This document shows positions 52,307 to 61,220 of a stretch of 64,000 bases of DNA, one piece after another; positions within the stretch are counted from its first letter, which is position 1, and every line of letters starts with the position of its first letter. Origin of the DNA: an uncultured Verrucomicrobiae bacterium (GTDB lineage: Bacteria > Verrucomicrobiota > Verrucomicrobiia > Chthoniobacterales > UBA10450); NCBI GenBank assembly GCA_963815455.1, contig CAWFGO010000001.1, positions 672,001 to 736,000 on the forward strand. Reading direction: 5' to 3'. The translations under genes were made by a program, and so were the position numbers. The notes beneath the pieces are model-generated. The model made no database searches. It was not told the origin of the DNA and saw nothing but the letters and a program-made list of their open reading frames with translations.

Positions 52307-54349
52307 CTACCTTCGAATCTTGACTACTGCCTTCCTGAACTTCGCCTTGTTTGAAAGCACATACCCATTGCCGCTGGTCAGGTTCATCTGGGCGGTCACT
52401 TTCTTGGCGTGCGGACTGTTCGCGGTCAATGTGACCGTGCCCGTAGAGGAGCCCGCCGGAATGGTGACCTGCCCAGGCGTGCCGCTCAATGTATAATCGC
52501 TGCCCAGAATCGCGTTCCCGCTCATGGAATAGTGAACCGTGATTGAGCAATTGCCCGGTCCGTGAATCGACGAAACCGTAAAGGTCGCATTCTGTCCCGC
52601 GCTCACCGTTGCCGGCGCGGCCGTCGGGTGAACCTCCAGCGGTGGACAAGACGGCGTGGGTGAAGGGCACGGACCGAATACGATCGCATCCAGGTTATCG
52701 ATCGTGGCACCGTGGTCGGTAATGACGCCGCTAGTGGTGTTAATGGTAATGAGATGCGACGATCCTATACCTTCGACCATTCCCCCGCCGGGGAGATCCG
52801 CACCGTAAAGGGTGTCGCTCGGATCAAAGGCCAGCGCGGATATTTTCTGGCTAAACCCGCCGGACATTGTTGCCACGTTCATGGGAGCCCCTGTTGTGCG
52901 ATCGATCGTCCGCAGCGGCCCATTATCGCCGCTTCCGGCGAAGTAAATTACATTTGACGAATTGGCCCCCAGGCCCGAGCCGCTCGTGCTGAGCCCTGAA
53001 GGGCCGACCTCCGTGGCAGCGCCGGTTGCCTTGTTGATCGTGTAAAGGCGGTCGCAACCCGGCTCGGCCCAGCCATAGAGCGTCCCATCGGATGCAAACG
53101 TCAAATCGGCCATGGTCTCCGGATTGCCCTCGGGTGCTCCACCACCGCCGCCGCATGTTGCGTTATAAGGACCCACCAGCGTGCCGGCCCCGTTGACCGG
53201 ATTGATCGTGATCAAATTGCTGGGATTGGAGCCCTCGCGCCCGGTCGAACCGTAGAGCACACCGGTGGTCGGATCGAAGGCCAGGCCGGTCACGGCAAAG
53301 CCGATCGGGCCGACATCCTGCACTACAGAGCCATCGGCTGGATTGAGAATGAAAAGATGACAATTTTCATTTCCCCCGGCGCCATCGGCGGCATAGAGAA
53401 CCCCGCAGTGCCCCCCGCCACCGCCGCCACCGGTAATCTCTCCCTTGAGACAAACTCCGAATAGAGTATTTCCTCCCCCGCCAGTATCGACGGTTTGAAG
53501 CTGGTTATCGGCTCCGCCGGTAGCGATGTCGAATTGGTACAGAACCCCGTTATCGAAGCTGCCTGTCCAGAATGATGTCCCGTCCGGATCGAGATTGAGC
53601 CCGAAAAAAGCGCCGGCGCCGGTGACGGAGTATGTTTGGATGACGGTGCCGCTGGCATTCAAGCGCTTCACGTTGCCGCCGTCAGCGACGAGCAGGCCGC
53701 CGCTTCCATCAAAAGGAGGCAGCAGGCGGATGGCAAAGGCGTTGCCCGAACCGGGGAGTGTGACAAAATCGGCGAGCTGTCCCAAAACGGTGTCGTACCG
53801 TTTGATGGTGCGACCTTCGCCGGTGTAAAAGAGTGTAGTCTGATTGATCGCCAGGTCGATCCAATCCGTGCCGCCGGTAAAATCGGCGCCCGCGACCGAG
53901 TAAGTCATGACCAGGTTATCTGCGGAGTCGTACTCCAAGATGGCCGCGGCCGAGGGCCCGCCGACGAAGTAGCCCCCGTTCATCTTGAATGCAATCGACT
54001 CGGGACTTGATTGACCCGCAGTAGCAAAGCTCGAACTCATGTGCGGGTCGGCATCGTCGTATTTCACGATGCGGCCATTTGAGAAATTCGTCGTATACAG
54101 CGCGGCCTGGGTTGGGCTAAATCCGCAGCCAGTGGTGAAGCCGCCGAACCCGTCCATGATCGTCTCCTTAAACGCTCCGGCATTGCTGTAAACCTTGTAG
54201 CTGCCGTTCCCTACCGCCCCGAACACATCGCCAATGACCCAGGCGGCCAGAGACGCCGGCCTCAGTTGGGGGGTCGAAATGATTAATCCTACAATCCCTA
54301 ACGCTAACGCTGTGATGCTTAATGCGATTCTGTTTCTCATGTTTCTCAT
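52307..54349 (-). CDS. Secreted protein with two beta-propeller-like regions and a C-terminal Calx-beta-like domain
   Basis: Signal peptide after MRNMRNR, repeats of LAF..xG.LYG, Gly linker, SGNAILGSDYTLSG..VTIPAG tail. Confidence 0.75.
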   Translation of the reverse strand: MRNMRNRIALSITALALGIVGLIISTPQLRPASLAAWVIGDVFGAVGNGSYKVYSNAGAFKETIMDGFGGFTTGCGFSPTQAALYTTNFSNGRIVKYDDADPHMSSSFATAGQSSPESIAFKMNGGYFVGGPSAAAILEYDSADNLVMTYSVAGADFTGGTDWIDLAINQTTLFYTGEGRTIKRYDTVLGQLADFVTLPGSGNAFAIRLLPPFDGSGGLLVADGGNVKRLNASGTVIQTYSVTGAGAFFGLNLDPDGTSFWTGSFDNGVLYQFDIATGGADNQLQTVDTGGGGNTLFGVCLKGEITGGGGGGGHCGVLYAADGAGGNENCHLFILNPADGSVVQDVGPIGFAVTGLAFDPTTGVLYGSTGREGSNPSNLITINPVNGAGTLVGPYNATCGGGGGAPEGNPETMADLTFASDGTLYGWAEPGCDRLYTINKATGAATEVGPSGLSTSGSGLGANSSNVIYFAGSGDNGPLRTIDRTTGAPMNVATMSGGFSQKISALAFDPSDTLYGADLPGGGMVEGIGSSHLITINTTSGVITDHGATIDNLDAIVFGPCPSPTPSCPPLEVHPTAAPATVSAGQNATFTVSSIHGPGNCSITVHYSMSGNAILGSDYTLSGTPGQVTIPAGSSTGTVTLTANSPHAKKVTAQMNLTSGNGYVLSNKAKFRKAVVKIRR

Positions 54350-54533
54350 GGCGGATCCTTTCGTTCGATGTTTGGCCGGAGCGAAATACTCCCGACGCTG
54401 CCCCCCGAATCCCCCCCCGGCGTTCGCTCGCATTCTGTTCCGGTTTAGAACGCGTTTATCGAATCCGCCCCGATGTGACAAGCAAAATCCGCCGCCTTCG
54501 GTTATGCCAGTCTTTACGACGAACAGGGAGCTT

Positions 54534-55580
54534 TCAGGGGTGACCGGCGCTGAGCACGGCCGCTCCCTCCAGTTTTCCGGAACGAAATCTCTCGATCGCA
54601 ATGTTGGCGTCTTCGAGTCGAAACGTTTCCGCTTTTGCTTTTATCGGCACCCGCGGCGCGATCTTAAAAAATTCCTCGCCGTCTTGCCTTGTTAAATTTG
54701 CGACGGACGTGATCACGCGCTCCTCCCAGAGATCAGCATAGGGAAACGACGGGATGTCGCTCATGTGAATGCCGCCGCACACCACCACGCCACCTTTGGC
54801 CAGCGCGTGGAGCGCCGCGGGAACAAGCGGCCCGACCGATGCAAAGATGATCGCGGCATCGAGTTTTTGCGGCGGCGTTTCATCGGAGCCGCCAGCCCAC
54901 ACCGCGCCTAGTTCTTTCGCCGATTCCTGCGTTGCTCTGTCGCCCGGCCGGGTAAAGGCAAAAACCTCGCGACCCTCATGCAGCGCAATCTGCGCGATCA
55001 AGTGCGCGGCATTGCCAAATCCATAGATGCCAAGCCGGCGGGCGTCACCCGTTTTTCGATACGAACGATAGCCGATCAATCCCGCACACAACAGCGGCGC
55101 AACAGCCGCCTCCGCCGAGGCTCCGGCGCCCAAGTCGACATCGAAAAGCGCGTCAGGCAAGTGAAAACAGTAGCGCGCATCAGCCACAGTGAACTCGGCA
55201 TATCCGCCGTCGACGGTATAGCCCGTGAATTTCGCACGGTCGCAAAGATTCTCCCGGTTCGATCGGCAATAGACGCAGTCGCCATCAGTCCACCCAAGCC
55301 ACGGAATGCCGACGCGATCTCCGATCGCGAATGTCGAAGCTCGAATGCCGAATGACGAAGGAATCTCGGGGCCAATTTCCTCAATGCGGCCGACAATTTG
55401 ATGTCCGAGAATGAGCGGCAGTTTCGGTTCGGGCAATTCACCATCGACAATGTGCAAATCGGTCCGGCAAACCGCGCACGCCGCCACCCGCACTAGCAAC
55501 TGTCCCTTTCCTGGTTTCGGTTTCGGAACATCGCGCAGTTCGAGGGGTCGCCCCGGCTTCTCAAAAACCATCGCACGCAT
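54534..55580 (-). CDS. Zinc-dependent alcohol dehydrogenase family protein
   Basis: VCRTDLH, GHQIVG, C..C....ENLC, APLLCAG, YGFG. Confidence 0.92.
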   Translation of the reverse strand: MRAMVFEKPGRPLELRDVPKPKPGKGQLLVRVAACAVCRTDLHIVDGELPEPKLPLILGHQIVGRIEEIGPEIPSSFGIRASTFAIGDRVGIPWLGWTDGDCVYCRSNRENLCDRAKFTGYTVDGGYAEFTVADARYCFHLPDALFDVDLGAGASAEAAVAPLLCAGLIGYRSYRKTGDARRLGIYGFGNAAHLIAQIALHEGREVFAFTRPGDRATQESAKELGAVWAGGSDETPPQKLDAAIIFASVGPLVPAALHALAKGGVVVCGGIHMSDIPSFPYADLWEERVITSVANLTRQDGEEFFKIAPRVPIKAKAETFRLEDANIAIERFRSGKLEGAAVLSAGHP

Positions 55581-55590
55581 GTCGATCTTC

Positions 55591-56634
55591 CTAATTCGAT
55601 GTTGGATGTTCGGCGTTGGACGTTCGGCGTTTTCTTTTTCGCTGCAACCCCGCTTTCTCTTCAGATGAAAGAAACGCTGCCTCCAGCGCGTTGATTTGTG
55701 CCTGCCGGATTTGTTCCCGCGAAAGCCCGGCCCCGGTCGCAGCGACTTCAAACTCGTGCCGCAAATCGATCGCGCTTACGCCCGGATCATCCGTGTTGAT
55801 CGATGCCAGCAAACCGCGTTCGAGCATTTCGCGCAATGGATGACTCGCCAGGTCCGGCACGGTGCTCGTCTGCAAATTGCTGGTCAGGTTTGCTTCGATC
55901 CCGATTCGGCTCTCCCGAAGAAAATCCACCAGCGCCGCGTCTTCCATCGCCCGCACACCGTGGCCGATTCGCTCCGCGCCGAGCAAGCGGACCGCGTCCC
56001 ATACGCTTTCCGGTCCGGCGCTTTCACCCGCATGAACCGTGACCCGCCAGCCGGCGTCGCGTCCTCGCCGGAAATGTTCGGTGAAAAGTTTCGCGGGAAA
56101 TTTGGCTTCGTCACCGGCAAGATCGAGAGCGATGATCTGCTCGGGCCGGGTGAGCAAGGCATCGAGTTCTTTTTGGGCAATCTCCGGACCGTATGTGCGG
56201 CTAAGAATTCCGATCAAATTTACCCGAACCCCGGTAGCCTGCGCGCCTTCGGCCGCACCTTCAACCACCGCGGCTACTACCCGGGCGGGACCGAGCCGGT
56301 GTGGTTCGGCCATGAACCATGGGCTAAACCGCAGCTCGATGTAATCGATCCCTTCGCGTTTCGCGTCCTCCACGTTTTCGCGGGCAATTCGCCGGCAGGC
56401 GTCGGCATCGCCCAGCACCGCTGTCATCCAAAGCATTTTCCCGATAAAGGCCATCACGCCCGGTTGACGCTCGATCACCTGCACATGTGGCCGCAATTCC
56501 TCGATCGTAGTGCCGGGCAATTTAACTCGGTGGCGTTTGCCCAACTCCAGGATCGTAGCCAATCGGACGCTCCCGTCGATGTGCCGGTGCAAATCGATCA
56601 ACGGAAAATTCCTATCGATATTCGATTCGCTCAT
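55591..56634 (-). CDS. add: Adenosine deaminase
   Basis: [34 protein letters not shown]. Confidence 0.93.
   Translation of the reverse strand: MSESNIDRNFPLIDLHRHIDGSVRLATILELGKRHRVKLPGTTIEELRPHVQVIERQPGVMAFIGKMLWMTAVLGDADACRRIARENVEDAKREGIDYIELRFSPWFMAEPHRLGPARVVAAVVEGAAEGAQATGVRVNLIGILSRTYGPEIAQKELDALLTRPEQIIALDLAGDEAKFPAKLFTEHFRRGRDAGWRVTVHAGESAGPESVWDAVRLLGAERIGHGVRAMEDAALVDFLRESRIGIEANLTSNLQTSTVPDLASHPLREMLERGLLASINTDDPGVSAIDLRHEFEVAATGAGLSREQIRQAQINALEAAFLSSEEKAGLQRKRKRRTSNAEHPTSN
55595..55629. repeat. Heptamer tandem repeat (5 units) overlapping the add 3' end
   Basis: ttcgatg ttggatg ttcggcg ttggacg ttcggcg. Confidence 0.7.
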
Positions 56635-56685
56635 CGCCCATGAAATTCATAACCGCAGATGACGCGGATATCACGGACTAACGTC

Positions 56686-56753
56686 AAGGCGGGCCAGCCA
56701 CGCCGCGCCGACCGAAGGCGGGCCTGCCACGCCGTAGCCTCGGCGAAGGCGGG
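56686..56753. repeat. Tandem copies of the GCCACGCCGTAGC..GAAGGCGGG repeat
   Basis: AAGGCGGG / CCAGCCACGCCGCGCCGACCGAAGGCGGG / CCTGCCACGCCGTAGCCTCGGCGAAGGCGGG. Confidence 0.75.
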
Positions 56754-56790
56754 TTGAGAGGCGCAATTCCTGCGGTAGAATGTTTCCAGG

Positions 56791-57006
56791 ATGCTTGAGA
56801 CGATTATCGGGTGCTTAAAATGGGCCGTCGTCGGGTTCATCGTGGCGTTCGCGCTGATGAAACTTTACGAGGCCAGCCACATTTACGACGACATCCCGAA
56901 GCCTGAATTCAAGGTCCGGCAAGCCAAACGCGCCGCTTTGGTGCTTTCCACTTTTGCCGCCATGCTCTCGGCCCTTGTCTGGTTGCTCGTGCAGGCGTGG
57001 GACTGA
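56791..57006 (+). CDS. Small two-TM hypothetical protein
   Basis: 71-aa ORF with two hydrophobic spans; TAGAAT 9 nt upstream. Confidence 0.6.
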   Translation: MLETIIGCLKWAVVGFIVAFALMKLYEASHIYDDIPKPEFKVRQAKRAALVLSTFAAMLSALVWLLVQAWD

Positions 57007-57019
57007 GGCCAGAGGAAAC

Positions 57020-57376
57020 TCATCGGTGAGGCATTGCGATCGAGTACGTAACCAGCGCGCAAACCGCCACCATTCCGATCATGGCAAAGATGAATATTCC
57101 ATCGGCGAATCGTTCCAACCGATGCATCCTCTTCGATCCGCGTGAGCGAAGTGCCCAGTAGGAAAGAAGGCAGGACATCAGAAATAGCAGCGCGTCCATT
57201 GCCAGGACATCATCGGCAAGTGTGTCGGCGCTTCCGAGTGTAATAACGACCCGGATCAGCCCGATAACAGTCAGACAGACACCGACCATGGCTGAGGAAA
57301 CGGTAAAAATGTGGATGCAAATGTCCTGTTCGAGGCGGTTGTCTTGGTTCCTCCGCCGCTCTGGCCCTGATTTCAT
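57020..57376 (-). CDS. Small three-TM hypothetical protein
   Basis: HIFTVSSAMVGVCLTVIGL..DD..A.LFL.SCLLSY..ERFADGIF; start at MKSG. Confidence 0.7.
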   Translation of the reverse strand: MKSGPERRRNQDNRLEQDICIHIFTVSSAMVGVCLTVIGLIRVVITLGSADTLADDVLAMDALLFLMSCLLSYWALRSRGSKRMHRLERFADGIFIFAMIGMVAVCALVTYSIAMPHR

Positions 57377-57475
57377 GGATTCGGTGTTTTTGGACAACGG
57401 ACGAATCCGTCCGTTCAGTGAATTGCCTGCTGCAATCTTGCTCTTGCTGATGCTCTTGCTCACTCTCCTGGAAGC

Positions 57476-58852
57476 GTGAAATTTATTAACCTGACGCGCC
57501 GCACCGAAATCGGCGCCAATTCGTATTACATCGAGCTCGGCGGACGCGGCATCGTGCTCGATAGCGGAATGCATCCGAAAGAGGCCGGGGAAGATGCGTT
57601 GCCCAATTTCAAACCGATCCGGGATCGGCAGATCGACGCAGTCCTAATCTCGCACGCGCACCAGGACCACATCGGCACGCTGCCGGTGCTGATGCAGCGC
57701 CAGCCCGATGCCCGCGTTTTTATGACCGAACCGACGGCCGAGATCGGCGACGCGCTTCTGCATAATTCGGTCAATGTGATGATGCGGCAGCGCGAAGAGC
57801 TTGGCGCAGTTTTATACCCCCTCTTCACTCATCGCGGAGTCGATCGCGCATCCGATCTTTGGCGATCGTGCCCGATGCGACAGCCGATTTCGATCACTGG
57901 CGACCGCGCTTCTGCTCGCGACCCGGACGATCTAGTGTTTGAGTTTTACGACGCGGGTCATGTTCTCGGCTCCGCTGGAATTCTGCTCCGGGCCGAGGGT
58001 CGCGCGATCTTCTACACCGGCGACGTAAACTTCGACGATCAAACGATCATGCAGGCGGCGGTTTTTCCAAAGGAGAAGATCGACATCCTGATCATGGAAT
58101 GCACCCGTGGCGACCATGCTCAGGACCCGGGCTGGACGCGCGCCGGGGAGGAACGACGTCTGGCCGAGGCGATCGGCGAAGCGTTCCAGCGCGGTGGTTG
58201 CGTGCTCATTCCGGTGTTCGCTTTGGGCAAAACCCAGGAATTGCTCGCGATGCTTTACAAATTTCGGCGCGAAGGAGTGCTGAGCGAGTTCCCGATTTAC
58301 ATCGGCGGCCTCAGCTCGAAGATGACCGATATTTACGATCGCCGCGCCGCCATGAGCCGGCGGCAACTGCCCCGGTTGCAATTAATGCATGAACCCGGGC
58401 CGTTCATTCTGAATGGAGAGAGTATTCGCGACGCTCCCGCGCGCGCCGGCCGGGTTTACGCGCTCTCCAGCGGAATGATGACTCCGAAAACGCTTTCCAA
58501 TATTTTCGCGCGTCGCGTCATTGAAAACCTGCAGCACTCAGTCTTTTTTGTTGGCTACGCCGACCCGGCATCCCCAGCCGGCCTTCTGCGCGACGCGCCG
58601 CAAGGCGGCGAAGTCGCTCTCGATCCCGACGAACCCGCGCAGCGCATCCGCTGCAATCTCAAGCAGTTTCAATTTAGCGCCCACGCCTCGCGGGAAGCGC
58701 TGATCGATTACGCCAAAGAACTTTCCCCGAAGAAAATCGTCCTCATCCACGGCGATCCGCCCGCGGTTGAATGGATGCGATCAACGCTCAGCGCCGGCTT
58801 GCCAAACACGGAAGTGATCGTGCCGACACCTGGTATGGAATTGGAACTGTAG
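57476..58852 (+). CDS. MBL-fold beta-CASP ribonuclease
   Basis: EIGAN, SHAHQDH, AGHVLGS, YTGD, PVFALGKTQE, SSGM, FSAHA, IHGD. Confidence 0.9.
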   Translation: MKFINLTRRTEIGANSYYIELGGRGIVLDSGMHPKEAGEDALPNFKPIRDRQIDAVLISHAHQDHIGTLPVLMQRQPDARVFMTEPTAEIGDALLHNSVNVMMRQREELGAVLYPLFTHRGVDRASDLWRSCPMRQPISITGDRASARDPDDLVFEFYDAGHVLGSAGILLRAEGRAIFYTGDVNFDDQTIMQAAVFPKEKIDILIMECTRGDHAQDPGWTRAGEERRLAEAIGEAFQRGGCVLIPVFALGKTQELLAMLYKFRREGVLSEFPIYIGGLSSKMTDIYDRRAAMSRRQLPRLQLMHEPGPFILNGESIRDAPARAGRVYALSSGMMTPKTLSNIFARRVIENLQHSVFFVGYADPASPAGLLRDAPQGGEVALDPDEPAQRIRCNLKQFQFSAHASREALIDYAKELSPKKIVLIHGDPPAVEWMRSTLSAGLPNTEVIVPTPGMELEL

Positions 58853-58857
58853 TCTCG

Positions 58858-58949
58858 GTCATCCTGAGCGAAGCGCAGCGAAGTCGAAGGATCCCGTTGC
58901 CTACCTTTAAGAAAACGCCACGGGATCCCTCGGCTACGCTCGGGGTGAC
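58858..58949. repeat. Palindromic MITE/REP-like element, GTCATYCYGAGC family, copy 2
   Basis: GTCATCCTGAGCGAAGCGCAGCGAAGTCGAAGGATCCCG...CGGGATCCCTCGGCTACGCTCGGGGTGAC between convergent genes. Confidence 0.8.
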
Positions 58950-58951
58950 AG

Positions 58952-59662
58952 TTACTCCCTCGCCCCGCCCGTCATCGGAACAAACCGAACAGGAAAAAGC
59001 GCGCCTTCGCGCAGCTCGCCGTTTCGTTTTTCCAGGAGATACAACTCCTGAGCGACCCGATCCCCCACCGGAATAATCATGCGCCCACCCTCTTTCAGTT
59101 GTTCGACCAGTCGCCGCGGCACATGATCCGGCGCGCAGGTTACAATAATCGCGTCGAATGGCGCCATTTCCGGCCAGCCTTTGTAACCGTCTCCCGCTTT
59201 TGCGTGAACGTTCCTGTATCCTAGGCGCTGAAGCGTCGCCTGCGCGGTTTGCAGCAGTGGCTCGACAATTTCAATCGAGTAAACCTCGGCCACCAGCTCG
59301 GCGAGAATCGCAGCTTGATAACCGGAGCCTGTGCCAACTTCCAGAACTCGATCGTTAGGCAACAGCCGCAATTTTTCGGTCATCAAAGCAACGATGTATG
59401 GTTGCGAGATCGTCTGACCGTAACCGATCGGCAACGGCCCATCCGAGTAGCTCGCACCGCGCATCTCTCGCGGCACAAACTCTTCCCGCGGCACCTTCGA
59501 CATCGCCGCCAGCACGCGCTCGTCGCCAATATCGCGCGCCATCAATTGTTCCTGCACCATTCGTTGCCGCTCGGCCGCGAACTCGCCGGCCGGCGTCGGA
59601 TCACGGTGGCACCCCGGACAGACCAGCAACGCGAGCGCAATGCATAGCTGAACCGGTCGCAT
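58952..59662 (-). CDS. pcm: Protein-L-isoaspartate O-methyltransferase
   Basis: VPREEF, GQTISQPY, VLEVGTGSGYQAA, GDGY.GW..APFDAI, VRFVPM. Confidence 0.93.
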   Translation of the reverse strand: MRPVQLCIALALLVCPGCHRDPTPAGEFAAERQRMVQEQLMARDIGDERVLAAMSKVPREEFVPREMRGASYSDGPLPIGYGQTISQPYIVALMTEKLRLLPNDRVLEVGTGSGYQAAILAELVAEVYSIEIVEPLLQTAQATLQRLGYRNVHAKAGDGYKGWPEMAPFDAIIVTCAPDHVPRRLVEQLKEGGRMIIPVGDRVAQELYLLEKRNGELREGALFPVRFVPMTGGARE

Positions 59663-59675
59663 GCCACACCCTCTT

Positions 59676-59704
59676 GTCATTCCGAGCGAAGTCGAGGAAC
59701 CTCT
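59676..59704. repeat. Half copy of the GTCATYCYGAGC element
   Basis: GTCATTCCGAGCGAAGTCGAGGAACCTCT in the 53-bp gap between pcm and the HTTM gene. Confidence 0.65.
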
Positions 59705-59715
59705 AGCTGTTTTCT

Positions 59716-61191
59716 GTGAAGGAAAAACGCAGCACCCTTGAGCAATCCCGGTTCCGAGGATTGCCCGGAACGATTCTCGATCGCGCATTCGCGAAGATCG
59801 ACATCGCCTCGCTCGTTTTTTTTCGAATCGCATTCGGTCTATTGATGATTTGGATGGTGGCGCGGGTGTGGAACCGCGGTCTGATTGCAGCGTGGTGGAT
59901 CAACGCGCATTTCCATTTCAAATACGCCGGATTTTCCTGGGTGGAACCGTGGCCGGGGAACGGACTTTACATTCACTGGATCGTTCTCGGCGTTCTCGCT
60001 TTGTTCATCGCGGTCGGGTTTCTCTACCGCATCAGTGCCGCGCTCTTTTGTCTTAGCCACACTTATTTCTTCCTGCTCGATCAAGGCCGTTACGTAAATC
60101 ACACCTACCTCATTTGCCTCTTCAGCTTTCTCCTGATCTTTGTCCCGGCCCATCGCGCATTCTCGATCGATGTCTGGCTCAATCCGAAGCTGCGCTCACA
60201 GACCGCGCCCATGTGGTCGCTCTGGCTGCTACGGATGCAAATGGCGGTGGTCTATTTTTTTGCCGGCATCGCCAAGATCACGCCCGACTGGTTCCAGGGC
60301 GAACCGATGCGATTTTGGCTGGACCGGCGCGCGCATTTTCCGGTGTTCGATCACTTCTTCCATGAGGAGTGGGCAGTCTACGCCGCGAGTTACGGCTCGC
60401 TCCTGCTCGATCTGTCTCTGGCGCCATTCCTTTTCTGGCGACGAACCCGGGTGCCGGCGTTTTTCGCCGCGGTTACTTTTCATCTCTTGAACGAATGGAT
60501 TTTCCCGCTCGACATCTTTCCCTGGCTGGCGATCGCCGCGACTACGCTGTTTCTTTCGCCGAGTTGGCCGCGGCGGGTTTTCTCACGACGACAGAGCGAC
60601 GAACTCCCGACCTTGATTCCCAAGTCACCCGCGTTCTGTGCCGTGGCTACAACGAGCGAGCTGCCAGCTACATGGAAGCAAAAGTTGGTGCTGAGTTTCG
60701 TGACGATCTACGTGGCAATCCAAATATTGGTCCCGCTGCGCAATTTCCTTCATCGCGGCGGGATTGAATGGACTTACATGGAACACCGTTTCAGCTGGCA
60801 GATGATGCTGCGGGTCGACGCGATGGCCACATACATTTACGTCACCGATCCCAATTCGGGACGCACGTTGGAGATTCGACCGAGAAAGTATCTCGATTCG
60901 CAACAGATGCGGCGCATGGGCTGGCGGCCCGACATGGTTTGGCAGTTTGTCCGTTTTCTCGGCCGCTCGATACCGCATCTCGGCCCCAAACCGCTTCAAA
61001 TAGAAACGCGCATGCTCGTTTCCATCAACGGACGCAAGCCGCAGCTCTTTCTCGATCCCACTGTCGATCTTGTCGCCGAACCGCGCCCCTGGGCCCGGCC
61101 CCGCTGGCTTCTGCAAATCAATGACCCGCTCCCGCCTCTTGAAGAACGCCTCTCATCCAGGCCGCGCCCAGCGAGTACCGAGGACGACTAA
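59716..61191 (+). CDS. HTTM-domain protein, vitamin K-dependent gamma-carboxylase-like
   Basis: SLVFFRIAFG, HFKY.GF.WV.P, YVNHTYL, VYFFAGIAK..DW, FHLLN, RFSWQMM, PDMVWQF, SINGR. Confidence 0.88.
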   Translation: MKEKRSTLEQSRFRGLPGTILDRAFAKIDIASLVFFRIAFGLLMIWMVARVWNRGLIAAWWINAHFHFKYAGFSWVEPWPGNGLYIHWIVLGVLALFIAVGFLYRISAALFCLSHTYFFLLDQGRYVNHTYLICLFSFLLIFVPAHRAFSIDVWLNPKLRSQTAPMWSLWLLRMQMAVVYFFAGIAKITPDWFQGEPMRFWLDRRAHFPVFDHFFHEEWAVYAASYGSLLLDLSLAPFLFWRRTRVPAFFAAVTFHLLNEWIFPLDIFPWLAIAATTLFLSPSWPRRVFSRRQSDELPTLIPKSPAFCAVATTSELPATWKQKLVLSFVTIYVAIQILVPLRNFLHRGGIEWTYMEHRFSWQMMLRVDAMATYIYVTDPNSGRTLEIRPRKYLDSQQMRRMGWRPDMVWQFVRFLGRSIPHLGPKPLQIETRMLVSINGRKPQLFLDPTVDLVAEPRPWARPRWLLQINDPLPPLEERLSSRPRPASTEDD

Positions 61192-61220
61192 ATTCTTCGT
61201 GTCTTTCGTGGTGGAAAGAA

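Noticed and set aside
56686..56753. Mini CRISPR array
   Set aside because: Units are adjacent with no unique spacers, are degenerate and occur dispersed elsewhere; no cas genes in the window
58952..59662. RiPP aspartimide-forming PIMT
   Set aside because: Lacks the C-terminal extension of those enzymes, and no precursor peptide or cyclase is nearby
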